Shown: positions 56,050 to 64,000 of the stretch, in pieces
How positions within the stretch are numbered: position 1 is the first letter of the stretch
Layout of the letters: every line of letters begins with the position of its first letter
NCBI GenBank assembly: GCA_036012755.1
Contig: DASCPX010000129.1
Location: 128,001-192,000, forward strand
DNA length: 64,000 bases
Origin: Myxococcota bacterium
GTDB lineage: Bacteria > Myxococcota_A > UBA796 > CAJQPC01
Direction: 5' to 3'
The notes under the pieces: model-generated
Databases searched by the model: none
What the model was told of the DNA's origin: nothing
Seen by the model: only the letters and a program-made list of their open reading frames with translations
Position numbers and translations under genes: made by a program

Positions 56050-56879
56050 TGTTGTTGCTGCTGGCCTGTGTCAAGCTCACCGTCATCGAACCGTTGGCCG
56101 CGCCGCACCTCGAAGAGGTCGCTGAAGTGGTCGAGATCGTTACCGTCGAGGTCACCGATCCAGCGACCCTCTACTCTCGGATCGCAGCTGATGGCGCTGA
56201 TGGAGAGGCCTGGATGGCCCTGGCGCGGTGGCACTTCCAAGAGGGCAAGATCGACGTCGCCGAGATCTGCGCCAGCCGGGCGGCCGCGCTCGGCGTCACC
56301 GACCCATCGCTGGACAACGACCGTGGCGTCGCCGCGCTGGAGGCGGGTGACACCCCGCGGGCGCTGCGGTCCTTCCGAGATGCCCTCGAGGCGGACCCTG
56401 GGCACGTCGACGCGAACCTGAACATCGCGGCGCTGGCTCTGCGCGCCGCCGACTTCGACGAGGCGCGCTCGCGCTTCTCGGTCGTCTTGAGGCAAGACCC
56501 GACACACGAGGAGGCCATGATAGGCCTGGGCGCTGCCCTTGCTGGTCTAGGCGAGATCGACGCGGCCATCGCCGAGATCGACGGCTACCTGGTCGCCGCC
56601 CACGCGCCGGACCCGGACGCCTACCGCCTGCGGGACTCGCTGGTGCTGGCTCGGGATGCGGAAGTGCAGGCCCTGGTCGTCAAGCGCATGGCCGAGAAGC
56701 AGGCCGAGGCGGACGCCTCCTTCCTGGCTGGCTACCTCGAGGGGCTCGAGGGCTGTGACCCCCTGATCCTCGACCACTTTCGAGAGGTCGTCGCCAAGGG
56801 GGACCCTGCCGAGCTAGCCAGCACCGTCGCCTACGTCAACGAGGATCCGGACGGGCTGAGGTCGATGATCTGTCCATGA
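56046..56879 (+). CDS. TPR lipoprotein, GltE/AglT-like
   Basis: GTGA overlap with the upstream stop; MLLLLAC; NDRGVAAL, ANLNIAALAL and AMIGLGAAL TPRs. Confidence 0.7.
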   Translation: MMLLLLACVKLTVIEPLAAPHLEEVAEVVEIVTVEVTDPATLYSRIAADGADGEAWMALARWHFQEGKIDVAEICASRAAALGVTDPSLDNDRGVAALEAGDTPRALRSFRDALEADPGHVDANLNIAALALRAADFDEARSRFSVVLRQDPTHEEAMIGLGAALAGLGEIDAAIAEIDGYLVAAHAPDPDAYRLRDSLVLARDAEVQALVVKRMAEKQAEADASFLAGYLEGLEGCDPLILDHFREVVAKGDPAELASTVAYVNEDPDGLRSMICP

Positions 56880-56895
56880 GTTAGCTCTGGCGGCG

Positions 56896-57306
56896 ATGCC
56901 GTACGTCCACCCCGTCCAGATCTACTATGAGGACACCGATCACTCGGGCGTCGTCTACCACGCCAACTATCTCAAGTACTTCGAGCGAGCGCGGGAGCAC
57001 TTGCTGGGTGTGGACGAGCTCGTCCGGCTCTGGGAGGAAGAGGGCATCGGCTTCGTCGTCTACCAGGTCCGGGTCAAGTTCCGCGAAGGCGCTCGTCACG
57101 GCCGGACCTACGAGATCCGCACATCCCTGAAGCAAGGGAGCCCCTTCCGGGCGATCTTCACGCAGCAGGTGTGGGAGCCCGGGGGCAGCTCGTGGATGGT
57201 CGATGGCGAGGTGGAGCTCTGCTGCGTCGACCGCGAGGGCAAGCTGGTGCAACTGCCCGGCTCTGTTCAGACCCTCATCGCGACGGTGCTGTCAGAGCCT
57301 GCTTGA
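56896..57306 (+). CDS. ybgC: YbgC/FadM family acyl-CoA thioesterase
   Basis: YYEDTDHSGVVYHANYLKYFERAR signature. Confidence 0.9.
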   Translation: MPYVHPVQIYYEDTDHSGVVYHANYLKYFERAREHLLGVDELVRLWEEEGIGFVVYQVRVKFREGARHGRTYEIRTSLKQGSPFRAIFTQQVWEPGGSSWMVDGEVELCCVDREGKLVQLPGSVQTLIATVLSEPA

Positions 57307-57433
57307 GCTCGACGATGGCGGGCTCGAAGTCGACGCCGGTCACCTTCCAGCCTTCCTCGGTCTTCTCCATGTCTGCCACCAGGAAGGTCTCGGTCTCGTA
57401 GGCGACGATCGGCAGCATCAGCGTCGTGGCCAG
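57275..57433 (-). pseudogene. 3' remnant of an unknown gene
   Basis: About 52 strongly biased codons (LATTLMLPIVAYETETFLVADMEKTEEGWKVTGVDFEPAIVELKQ...) that abut the TPR gene on the opposite strand. Confidence 0.5.
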
Positions 57434-58414
57434 GTGCTGCGCAACAGGACCGAGGCGCTCCTCGAGCGCAGTCGATACGAGGAGGCCATCGCGGTCGCCG
57501 ACCGGGTGCTGCAGCATCGAGAGCGCCCGGGCTGGGGCTACCTGGCCGCGAAGGCCATCGCCTGCCGGGGCCGCGGCCATCGAGCGATGGGGAGCTACGA
57601 CGAGGCGGCAGAGGACCTGGAGCTTGCGGTGGGTCTCTTCCGCGAGTTGGGCGAGCAGCACGCCGCGGCCCATGCACTTCATGGCCTTGGTCTCGTAGAC
57701 AAGATCCAGGGTCGCCTGGAGCTGGCCGAGGAGCGGGTCGCGGAGGCTCTCGAGATCCTGATTCGCCACGGCGCCGCCGAAAACCCGATCGGGAGCGCCT
57801 GGATGTCGAGGGGCAGCATCGCCCTGGTCGCGGGTCAGCTCGATCTCGCCGAGCGCTGTGTGACCGAGGCACTCCGCATCGGCCGGGAGCTCGGCATGGA
57901 CATCCTGACCGCTTCTGCGTTGGCGGGACTGGCCGAGATCGACCGGGAGCTGGGACGTCTGGACCAGGCCGAGACGAGGTACGAAGAAGCCTGGCGGATG
58001 CTGAGGGAGGCCGGGCTCGGTCGAGCTCTCGTCGTACGGCTCAACCTCGGCATCGTGTACGGACTGCGCGGTGACCATGGACGGTCCCGGTCCACGCTCC
58101 TGGAGATCCAGCGGGCTGTGCGTCGCCAGGGGAGGAAGGGCCTGGACGGGGTCTGCGCCGGGTTGGTGCTGCCTGCCTGTGTGGGGCTCGGCCGCCTGGA
58201 CGAAGCGGCGGAGCAGCTGGCGCTGGCCCGGGAGATCCTGGATGTGCTCGGGGTAGCGGAGCCCGACGTCGCGCGAGCAGCGGAGATGGCGGCGGCCGCC
58301 TGCTCCGGTGAGCTGTCCCAGGGCTGTCTGGAGCTCGCCGAGAGCCAGTGGGGCCGGGCTCGGCGAGAGGATGACCGGGCGCGGGTCGCGGCGGCTCTGG
58401 CTCTGGTTCGCTAG
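57434..58414 (+). CDS. TPR-repeat protein, probably N-terminally truncated
   Basis: MalT/kinase-associated type TPRs (AAHALHGLG, ASALAGLAE, VRLNLG); no SD or -10 motif before GTG 57434. Confidence 0.7.
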   Translation: MLRNRTEALLERSRYEEAIAVADRVLQHRERPGWGYLAAKAIACRGRGHRAMGSYDEAAEDLELAVGLFRELGEQHAAAHALHGLGLVDKIQGRLELAEERVAEALEILIRHGAAENPIGSAWMSRGSIALVAGQLDLAERCVTEALRIGRELGMDILTASALAGLAEIDRELGRLDQAETRYEEAWRMLREAGLGRALVVRLNLGIVYGLRGDHGRSRSTLLEIQRAVRRQGRKGLDGVCAGLVLPACVGLGRLDEAAEQLALAREILDVLGVAEPDVARAAEMAAAACSGELSQGCLELAESQWGRARREDDRARVAAALALVR

Positions 58415-58821
58415 GGTCTGCCCTGGCCGTGCATCAGCACGGAGATCTTCGAGAGCTGTGCCGTCCAGACCTCCTCCAGCTCTGGGGACCAGCCCGAGTC
58501 CCCCAGCTGCGAGAGGGCGTCGACGAGGCACCCGCACACCTGGTCGTACATCTCCGGCGTGACCTTCCAGTCGACGTGGGCGCGACCGAGCGCGCGGAGC
58601 TGGAGCGCGACCCACTCGGCGTCCTCGACGTACATGGAGTCGTGCACTCCAGCGAGGATCTGGGTCAGCATCTGGGTCCGCTGGGTGGACTCCGGGCCGA
58701 AGCTGTCCATCAAGCTCGGGTGGCGGGTCTCGAGCAAGCCGTAGAAGACCACCCCGAGCTCGTCGGTGCGATCGGCGATGTTCTCGAGATGGCGCATGAG
58801 GATGGGCTGGGAGTCGGTCAT
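58411..58821 (-). CDS. Single-domain globin
   Basis: FY (B10), HP...F (CD1), LGRAH (proximal F8 His), VTPEMYD and WSPELEEVW motifs. Confidence 0.85.
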   Translation of the reverse strand: MTDSQPILMRHLENIADRTDELGVVFYGLLETRHPSLMDSFGPESTQRTQMLTQILAGVHDSMYVEDAEWVALQLRALGRAHVDWKVTPEMYDQVCGCLVDALSQLGDSGWSPELEEVWTAQLSKISVLMHGQGRP

Positions 58822-58881
58822 GGTGCCCCCATAACGAGGCGGTCCCGAGCCGACCGTCTGCCCGCGACGTATGCTCCCGCG

Positions 58882-59823
58882 ATGATCCTGTGGACCCTCG
58901 CCTGCACCGCTTCTTCAGATGAGCGGACCCCCGTGCCCGACACGGACGCCGCCGTCGACTCCCAGCCCCTGCCGGACCCGATGGAGCTGGGCAGCCGGGT
59001 CTCCGAGGACAACCTCACTGCCACCATCGGGGCTCTTCAGGACATGGGGACGCGGTACACGGCGACGCAGGGAAACAGCGACGCCCGGGACTGGCTGACC
59101 ATGCAGCTCGAGGACTACGGTTACCTGGTCGAAGAGGACCCCTTCTCCTTCGACGGGACCGACGCGGTCAATCTCGTCGCGCGCAAGGAGGGCTCCGCCT
59201 CTCCGGACGCGGTCTGGATCCTCTCGGCCCATTACGACTCGACCTCCACCCAAGCCGCGACCAACGCTCCTGGCGCCGACGACAACGCCTCCGGTGTCGC
59301 CGTGGTCCTGGAAGCGGCGCGGATCCTCGCAGAGGTGGAGCTCGAAGACAGCGTGTGGTTCGTCCTCACCGGTGCCGAGGAGCAAGGGAGCAAGGGCTCC
59401 GCCCACATGGTCGACTGGCTCGACGCGCAGGGGGTCGAGGTCCAGGGCGTGATGGCCCCCGACATGGTCGGCTACTGGCCGTTGGGCGAAGGTGACGCGA
59501 TGGACATCCTCGGTGACTCCGACTCTCAGTTCCTCGTGGACCACATGGCCGCGATGGCCGACGCGATGGGGGTGGCCAACAAGACGTGGATCCGACACGG
59601 TTACTGCTACGGCGATGATCACACGAACTTCCAGGAGGCCGGCTACCCGGCGATCTCGCCCATGGACTGCGTCGAGGCTCACAACGTCCCCTCGTCCGGT
59701 GAGGAGCTACCTCACTACCACCAGACCACTGACAGCCTGGACACGCTGCACATGCCCTTCACGACCCGGGTCGCGCAGGTGATGGTCGCTACCGTCGCGG
59801 ACTGGGCGGAGCCCATGCGCTGA
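58882..59823 (+). CDS. M28 family aminopeptidase lipoprotein
   Basis: SAHYDS, PGADDNASG, AEEQG, DMVGY, DH and YH Zn ligands; MILWTLAC 6 nt after TATGCT. Confidence 0.92.
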   Translation: MILWTLACTASSDERTPVPDTDAAVDSQPLPDPMELGSRVSEDNLTATIGALQDMGTRYTATQGNSDARDWLTMQLEDYGYLVEEDPFSFDGTDAVNLVARKEGSASPDAVWILSAHYDSTSTQAATNAPGADDNASGVAVVLEAARILAEVELEDSVWFVLTGAEEQGSKGSAHMVDWLDAQGVEVQGVMAPDMVGYWPLGEGDAMDILGDSDSQFLVDHMAAMADAMGVANKTWIRHGYCYGDDHTNFQEAGYPAISPMDCVEAHNVPSSGEELPHYHQTTDSLDTLHMPFTTRVAQVMVATVADWAEPMR

Positions 59824-59839
59824 GCTTCACCTTCGTGGG

Positions 59840-61930
59840 TCAGGGCCCGACGTGGATGCGCGACCTCCCGACGGTGAGGCCGTCGACTTCCAACACGATC
59901 TCGTGAGCCCCCGCCTCGGGAACCCACCGCGCCGCTGCATCCTCGGCCACGACGACACCGTCGATGGACCACCGGACGTCAGAGCCCCGCGGTGCTGTCG
60001 CCCTGAGCGCGATGGCCTGCTGCTCCCTGGGACGGTCGGCTTCGACGTACCAGGTCGTGCCGTCCTCTGGGCTGATCAGGGCAGGTCCTGGACCAGCCCC
60101 GTGTTCGCAGGTCTCGGTGGGCGCGGTGCCCGGAAGGAAGCGCTCCAGGATGGCGTTGTCACAGTCCGGGCCTCGCCGCTCTCCGGTCTCCGGGCAGATG
60201 GGTCCCTCGACCAGGCTGGGATGCCCAAACTCCTCGTTCCGTCCTGTGTGAACGATCTCAGCTACCTGCCGTAGGATCGGTCCGGCCCCGCTGATGCCGC
60301 TCACGTTCACCATCGGCGAGCCGTCGAAGTTGCCGACCCAGACCCCGACCACCACCTCCGAGGTGACGCCCACGGCCCAGTTGTCGCGCCAACCGACGCT
60401 AGTTCCCGTCTTGGCGGCCATCGGGAAGTCCGGCTCCAGGACGGAGTCCACTCCAAAAGCGGCAGCCCTGGCGTCGGGGTCGTCGAGGACGTCCAGGACC
60501 AGGGCTGCTGCAGCTGGGTCTCCTACCGTCCGGGCTCGGGACCGTGGGTCCCCGGGCTGCCGGCGAAGGGGTCGCACGCGGCCTCCGTTCGCCAGGGCGA
60601 CGTATGCGGCGACCAGTTCGTCCAGCCTGACCTCGCCATCACCCAGCGCGAGGGCCAGGCCGTAGTGGTCGGCCCGCTCCGACAAGGTGCTGAGCCCGAG
60701 GTCCTGCAGGCGCCGGTGGAGCTCCGCCACGCCGACCATCTCCAGGACCCGCACCGCCGGCAGGTTGCGGCTGCTGGCGAGGGCTACGCGGGCGCGTACG
60801 GGCCCGTAGAAGGTCTCGTCGTAGTTCGTCGGTGACCACGTTCCGTGGGTCGTCGACCAGCTCCCCGGGAGGTCATCTACCAGTGAAGCCATCGTGATCG
60901 TTCTGGTTTCCAGTCCAAGCCAGTAGACGAAGGGCTTCAGCGCGGAGCCCGGGGAGCGCTCCGCCATGACGCCGTCCACCTGACCGTCATCGGCCTCCCA
61001 GTCCGCGGAGCCGACATAGGCCAGGATCTCCGCCGTCTCGCGGTCGACGACGATGACAGCGGCGTGGTCGACGTTGCGGTCCTCGAGGTCACGAAGAGCC
61101 GCGGCGATGATGGCCTCGACGTCCTCTTGGAGGTCGAGGTCGAGGGTCGTAGGGTTGTCCCCCGGCGAGAGCTCCAGGGTGCGAACGAAGTGCGGCGCGT
61201 GGCCGTATGGAAGCTCCGTGCGGAGCGCGAGTGGCTCCGACCGTGCCACCGCCAGATCTTCGATCGAGGCCCACCCGAGCGTCTCGACGCGCTCCAGCAC
61301 CCGGTCCCGCGCCGCGAGGGCCTCCAGGGGGGCCTTCCACGGATCGAGCTCGCTGGGGCGGCGAGGGAGGGCGGCGAGCACAGCAGCCTCTGCCAGCGAG
61401 AGGTGAGCCGGTTCCTTGTCGAAGTAGGTCTGCGATGCAGCCTCGACTCCCCAGGCGAGGTGACCGAAGTAGACCCGGTTCGCGTAGGCCTCGAGGAGCT
61501 CGTCCTTGGAGAGCCGAAGCTCCAGGCGAAGCGCTGTCCCGGCCTCCCAGAGCTTGCCGCGCAGACCTGGTGGACGCGTCCACGCCGTGCGCACGAGCTG
61601 CTGGGTGATCGTGCTGCCACCCTGTACGATCTCAGCACCTTGGAGGTTGACCACCGTCGCGCGAGCGATTCCGATGGGATCGATGCCGGGGTGGTAGCGA
61701 AAGCGATGGTCCTCTGCAGCCAACAGGGCGATCTCGAGCACCTCCGGCAAGGAGGACACTGGCCCGCCCGCCCGAGCACCGGGCCCGGGCAGCTCGGCGA
61801 TGGTCTGGTCGTTTCGGTCCAGCACCCGCGGTGACTCCGGAGCTTCAGGCAGGGGGTCCATCGGCCAGCCGAGGAACACCAGGACGGCCGCGGCCCCGGC
61901 GGCAATGCCGATGCGAAGGCCTCGCTTCAC
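59840..61930 (-). CDS. pbpC: Penicillin-binding protein 1C
   Basis: EDHRF and GGSTITQQ transglycosylase motifs; SALK, SRN and KTGT transpeptidase motifs; C-terminal BiPBP-like tail. GTG 61930 overlaps the upstream stop. Confidence 0.9.
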   Translation of the reverse strand: MKRGLRIGIAAGAAAVLVFLGWPMDPLPEAPESPRVLDRNDQTIAELPGPGARAGGPVSSLPEVLEIALLAAEDHRFRYHPGIDPIGIARATVVNLQGAEIVQGGSTITQQLVRTAWTRPPGLRGKLWEAGTALRLELRLSKDELLEAYANRVYFGHLAWGVEAASQTYFDKEPAHLSLAEAAVLAALPRRPSELDPWKAPLEALAARDRVLERVETLGWASIEDLAVARSEPLALRTELPYGHAPHFVRTLELSPGDNPTTLDLDLQEDVEAIIAAALRDLEDRNVDHAAVIVVDRETAEILAYVGSADWEADDGQVDGVMAERSPGSALKPFVYWLGLETRTITMASLVDDLPGSWSTTHGTWSPTNYDETFYGPVRARVALASSRNLPAVRVLEMVGVAELHRRLQDLGLSTLSERADHYGLALALGDGEVRLDELVAAYVALANGGRVRPLRRQPGDPRSRARTVGDPAAAALVLDVLDDPDARAAAFGVDSVLEPDFPMAAKTGTSVGWRDNWAVGVTSEVVVGVWVGNFDGSPMVNVSGISGAGPILRQVAEIVHTGRNEEFGHPSLVEGPICPETGERRGPDCDNAILERFLPGTAPTETCEHGAGPGPALISPEDGTTWYVEADRPREQQAIALRATAPRGSDVRWSIDGVVVAEDAAARWVPEAGAHEIVLEVDGLTVGRSRIHVGP

Positions 61931-63921
61931 GTCTCGCGGCGGCGGAGTGCCGCCGCCAGGATCACGCCGAGGCCCATTCCAGCCGGGAGGAAGAGACCGA
62001 TGCCCACCACCACCCCGGCGCCGAGTCCAATTGCGAAGGGCCACTGCTGCGGCCAGCCGAGCTCCGTCTCACGGGTCAGCGTGTAGCCCGACCACGTCCA
62101 GATCTCGTCCACGTCCGCCTGGTAGGCGGCGAGGTCGTGGACGTCGACGCGGTCTTTCAAGACGACGAGATCGTAGCGTTCCTCGACCCGGGCCTTCGAG
62201 ATCTCGGTGGTCACCGTGAAGCGGAACCACTCGTTGTCCACGCTGCCTGTGCGGTCCTCGAAGACCCAGTCGTCCGGCACGTCGAGCACCAGCGTGTCCA
62301 CCTCGTGGAGGCCGAGGGGGAGCGCCAGCTGGGTAGTGCGGTGCTGCTCCGGGTATGGCAGCGCGTCGAAGAGGGTGAGCTCGAAGAGCGGGAAGGACTC
62401 GCCCCCGGCCGGGTCCGGCTGCCAGGCACCGACGACACGGTAGGCCTCGCTCAGCTCGATGACGTTGGCGTCCCGATCGTCCTGGATGCCCGCGGCCTCC
62501 AGGCTGATCAGGCTCTCTCCGGTTCGCTCGAGCTGGCTTCGGAGCTGATCCTGGAGGACATCGTGGCTCGTGGACGCGAACCAGGCGCGGAGGTTGTCGG
62601 CCCGCATGCCCTCGGCACGAGTCACGGTCCGCAGCGTCGGTGAGAGCATGGCGTCGACGGTGTAGTGCCAGCGGACTTCTGAGAAGCCGACCCTGGCCGG
62701 CCCCATGTCGACCAGCTCGGTGGTCCCTGGTCGGACGAGCAGGGCCTGGCCATAGGCCGGCGTGTAGCGCTCGGCGGCGGCACCCCCCTGGAGCCGGTAG
62801 GTCGGGTCGACCCAATGACCACCGTTGTCGTCCTCGACATGGACGATGAGGTGGTCGAAGGCGCCGGGGCTCGGCGCCCAGGTCTCCACCGGGCGGGCCT
62901 CTGAGGAGACCAGGGCCGGCCAGGCATCGATGCCCACCTCGCGCAACAGCGCCACCAACAGCAGGGTCTTGTCCTTGCAGTCGCCGTAGCGGTTCTCCAG
63001 CACCACGCCGGGTTGCCGGGGGACGTGGCTCCCCTCACCGAGCTCCAGTCCGAGGTAGCGGACATCGTCCTGGACCCAGTCGAGCGCGGCGGTCTCGTAG
63101 TCTGCGCCAGAGGTCCGGAGCTGCTCGACGAGCTCGTCGAGTCCCCCCCTGTCCTCGATCTCGTAGAGGGGAAGCGCCCACTGGACGACCTCTGCCCAGG
63201 ACTGGAACTCGGAGGCCTGGACGAAGGGCGCGCTCAGGACATCAGGTGGAGCGCCCCAGAGGGTCGGCCAGGCCGGCACGCCCCCTATCCACCACACCCA
63301 CTCGTGCTCCCCCTTCACCAGGCCGGAGCTGATGCCGTGGGCCTTGACGTCGAGCGGGCGGTCCTCTGCGGCCCGGATGTGGAGGTAGCGCTGGGAGACA
63401 GGCTCTGACCAGCCCATCGAGAAGGAGTCGAACCAGCGGCCCTGGAAGACCGGGTCGTGGCTCTCGATGCTGTAGCTGTAGCGGAGCACGTCTCCGACAG
63501 AGAGCTGGGGGACCAGGGCGACGAAGCTCCTCCGGCCCGACAGCAGGCCGAGCCAGAGCTCGTCCTCTGGCTGGATCAGCGCCGTGTGGGCGTCTTCGAT
63601 GCGGTCGCTCCAGCTCCCGTCCCGGTAGACGGAGATGTCGTGGAGGTGGATGAGCTCCGTGTCCGGATCGAAGTCGATCTCGACACGCCCGCCGTTGTCC
63701 AGGCCCTCGTGCGTCACGATCCGGTAGGCGCGCTGTACGAAGCGCGTGGCGCCGCCGTCGGCCTCGAAGCGCGTCTGGTCGTCGCAGAGGAGGTACTGGG
63801 TGGAGGCGAGGCTCTCCCCGCTCGGCACCGGGAGGTCGACAGCCACCTCGATCGGGACGACCCAGTCCGGGATCGGATCCTCGACCACCTCTGCACGAGC
63901 CAGTGTCAACAGTGCGAACAC
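61927..63921 (-). CDS. DUF3857 + transglutaminase-like domain protein with C-terminal TM
   Basis: GDVLRYSY; WVQDDVRY...RYGDCKDK (Cys), FDH (His), VDPT (Asp); signal MFALLTLARA. Confidence 0.9.
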   Translation of the reverse strand: MFALLTLARAEVVEDPIPDWVVPIEVAVDLPVPSGESLASTQYLLCDDQTRFEADGGATRFVQRAYRIVTHEGLDNGGRVEIDFDPDTELIHLHDISVYRDGSWSDRIEDAHTALIQPEDELWLGLLSGRRSFVALVPQLSVGDVLRYSYSIESHDPVFQGRWFDSFSMGWSEPVSQRYLHIRAAEDRPLDVKAHGISSGLVKGEHEWVWWIGGVPAWPTLWGAPPDVLSAPFVQASEFQSWAEVVQWALPLYEIEDRGGLDELVEQLRTSGADYETAALDWVQDDVRYLGLELGEGSHVPRQPGVVLENRYGDCKDKTLLLVALLREVGIDAWPALVSSEARPVETWAPSPGAFDHLIVHVEDDNGGHWVDPTYRLQGGAAAERYTPAYGQALLVRPGTTELVDMGPARVGFSEVRWHYTVDAMLSPTLRTVTRAEGMRADNLRAWFASTSHDVLQDQLRSQLERTGESLISLEAAGIQDDRDANVIELSEAYRVVGAWQPDPAGGESFPLFELTLFDALPYPEQHRTTQLALPLGLHEVDTLVLDVPDDWVFEDRTGSVDNEWFRFTVTTEISKARVEERYDLVVLKDRVDVHDLAAYQADVDEIWTWSGYTLTRETELGWPQQWPFAIGLGAGVVVGIGLFLPAGMGLGVILAAALRRRET

Positions 63922-64000
63922 GGCGCATCGTAGAGTACGCGGAGCGCTTCGACGATGGCGAGGCGCCGTTCCAGCTCTTCGCGCGGTTGTACGGCTTCAG

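Noticed and set aside
58411..58821. Globin as part of a flavohemoglobin or globin-coupled sensor
   Set aside because: Complete single-domain ORF with no reductase or signalling domain fused or adjacent.
1..64000. CRISPR arrays, tRNA/rRNA, IS/integrase/prophage and anti-phage defence genes
   Set aside because: No spaced direct repeats, RNA-gene signatures or recognisable motifs seen by eye; intergenic gaps are short. Small ncRNAs cannot be excluded without a covariance-model search.

Overview
High-GC bacterial chromosome segment, most likely an uncultured Myxococcota-type genome (inferred from a MYXO-CTERM-like tail, a GltD/GltE-like TPR pair, a MopE-like Cys/Asp repeat protein and many lipoproteins). 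It holds about 50 densely packed genes, mostly cell-envelope and secreted functions. These include alpha-2-macroglobulin (runs off the left edge), PBP1C, a GT-C/TMTC/GT4/B12-radical-SAM glycosylation region around two PKD-repeat lipoproteins, an MBOAT+SGNH pair, thiG/thiE, asparaginase, an OPT transporter, GH31, two sulfatase-family proteins, S45/C25/M28 hydrolases, a pseudo-caspase and a globin. I saw no rRNA, tRNA, CRISPR array or mobile element. Most striking signals: (1) about 15 lipoproteins with ultra-short signal peptides (Cys at residue 7-12, almost never any Lys/Arg); (2) a recurring TAnnnT-N6-start motif implying widespread leaderless mRNAs, which independently supports several of those short starts; (3) a candidate TMTC-like protein-glycosylation system next to Ig-fold surface lipoproteins; (4) repeated gene damage (internal deletions, fused fragments, frameshifts) that may be erosion or assembly error. 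All family calls come from motif recognition by eye; no database search was run.
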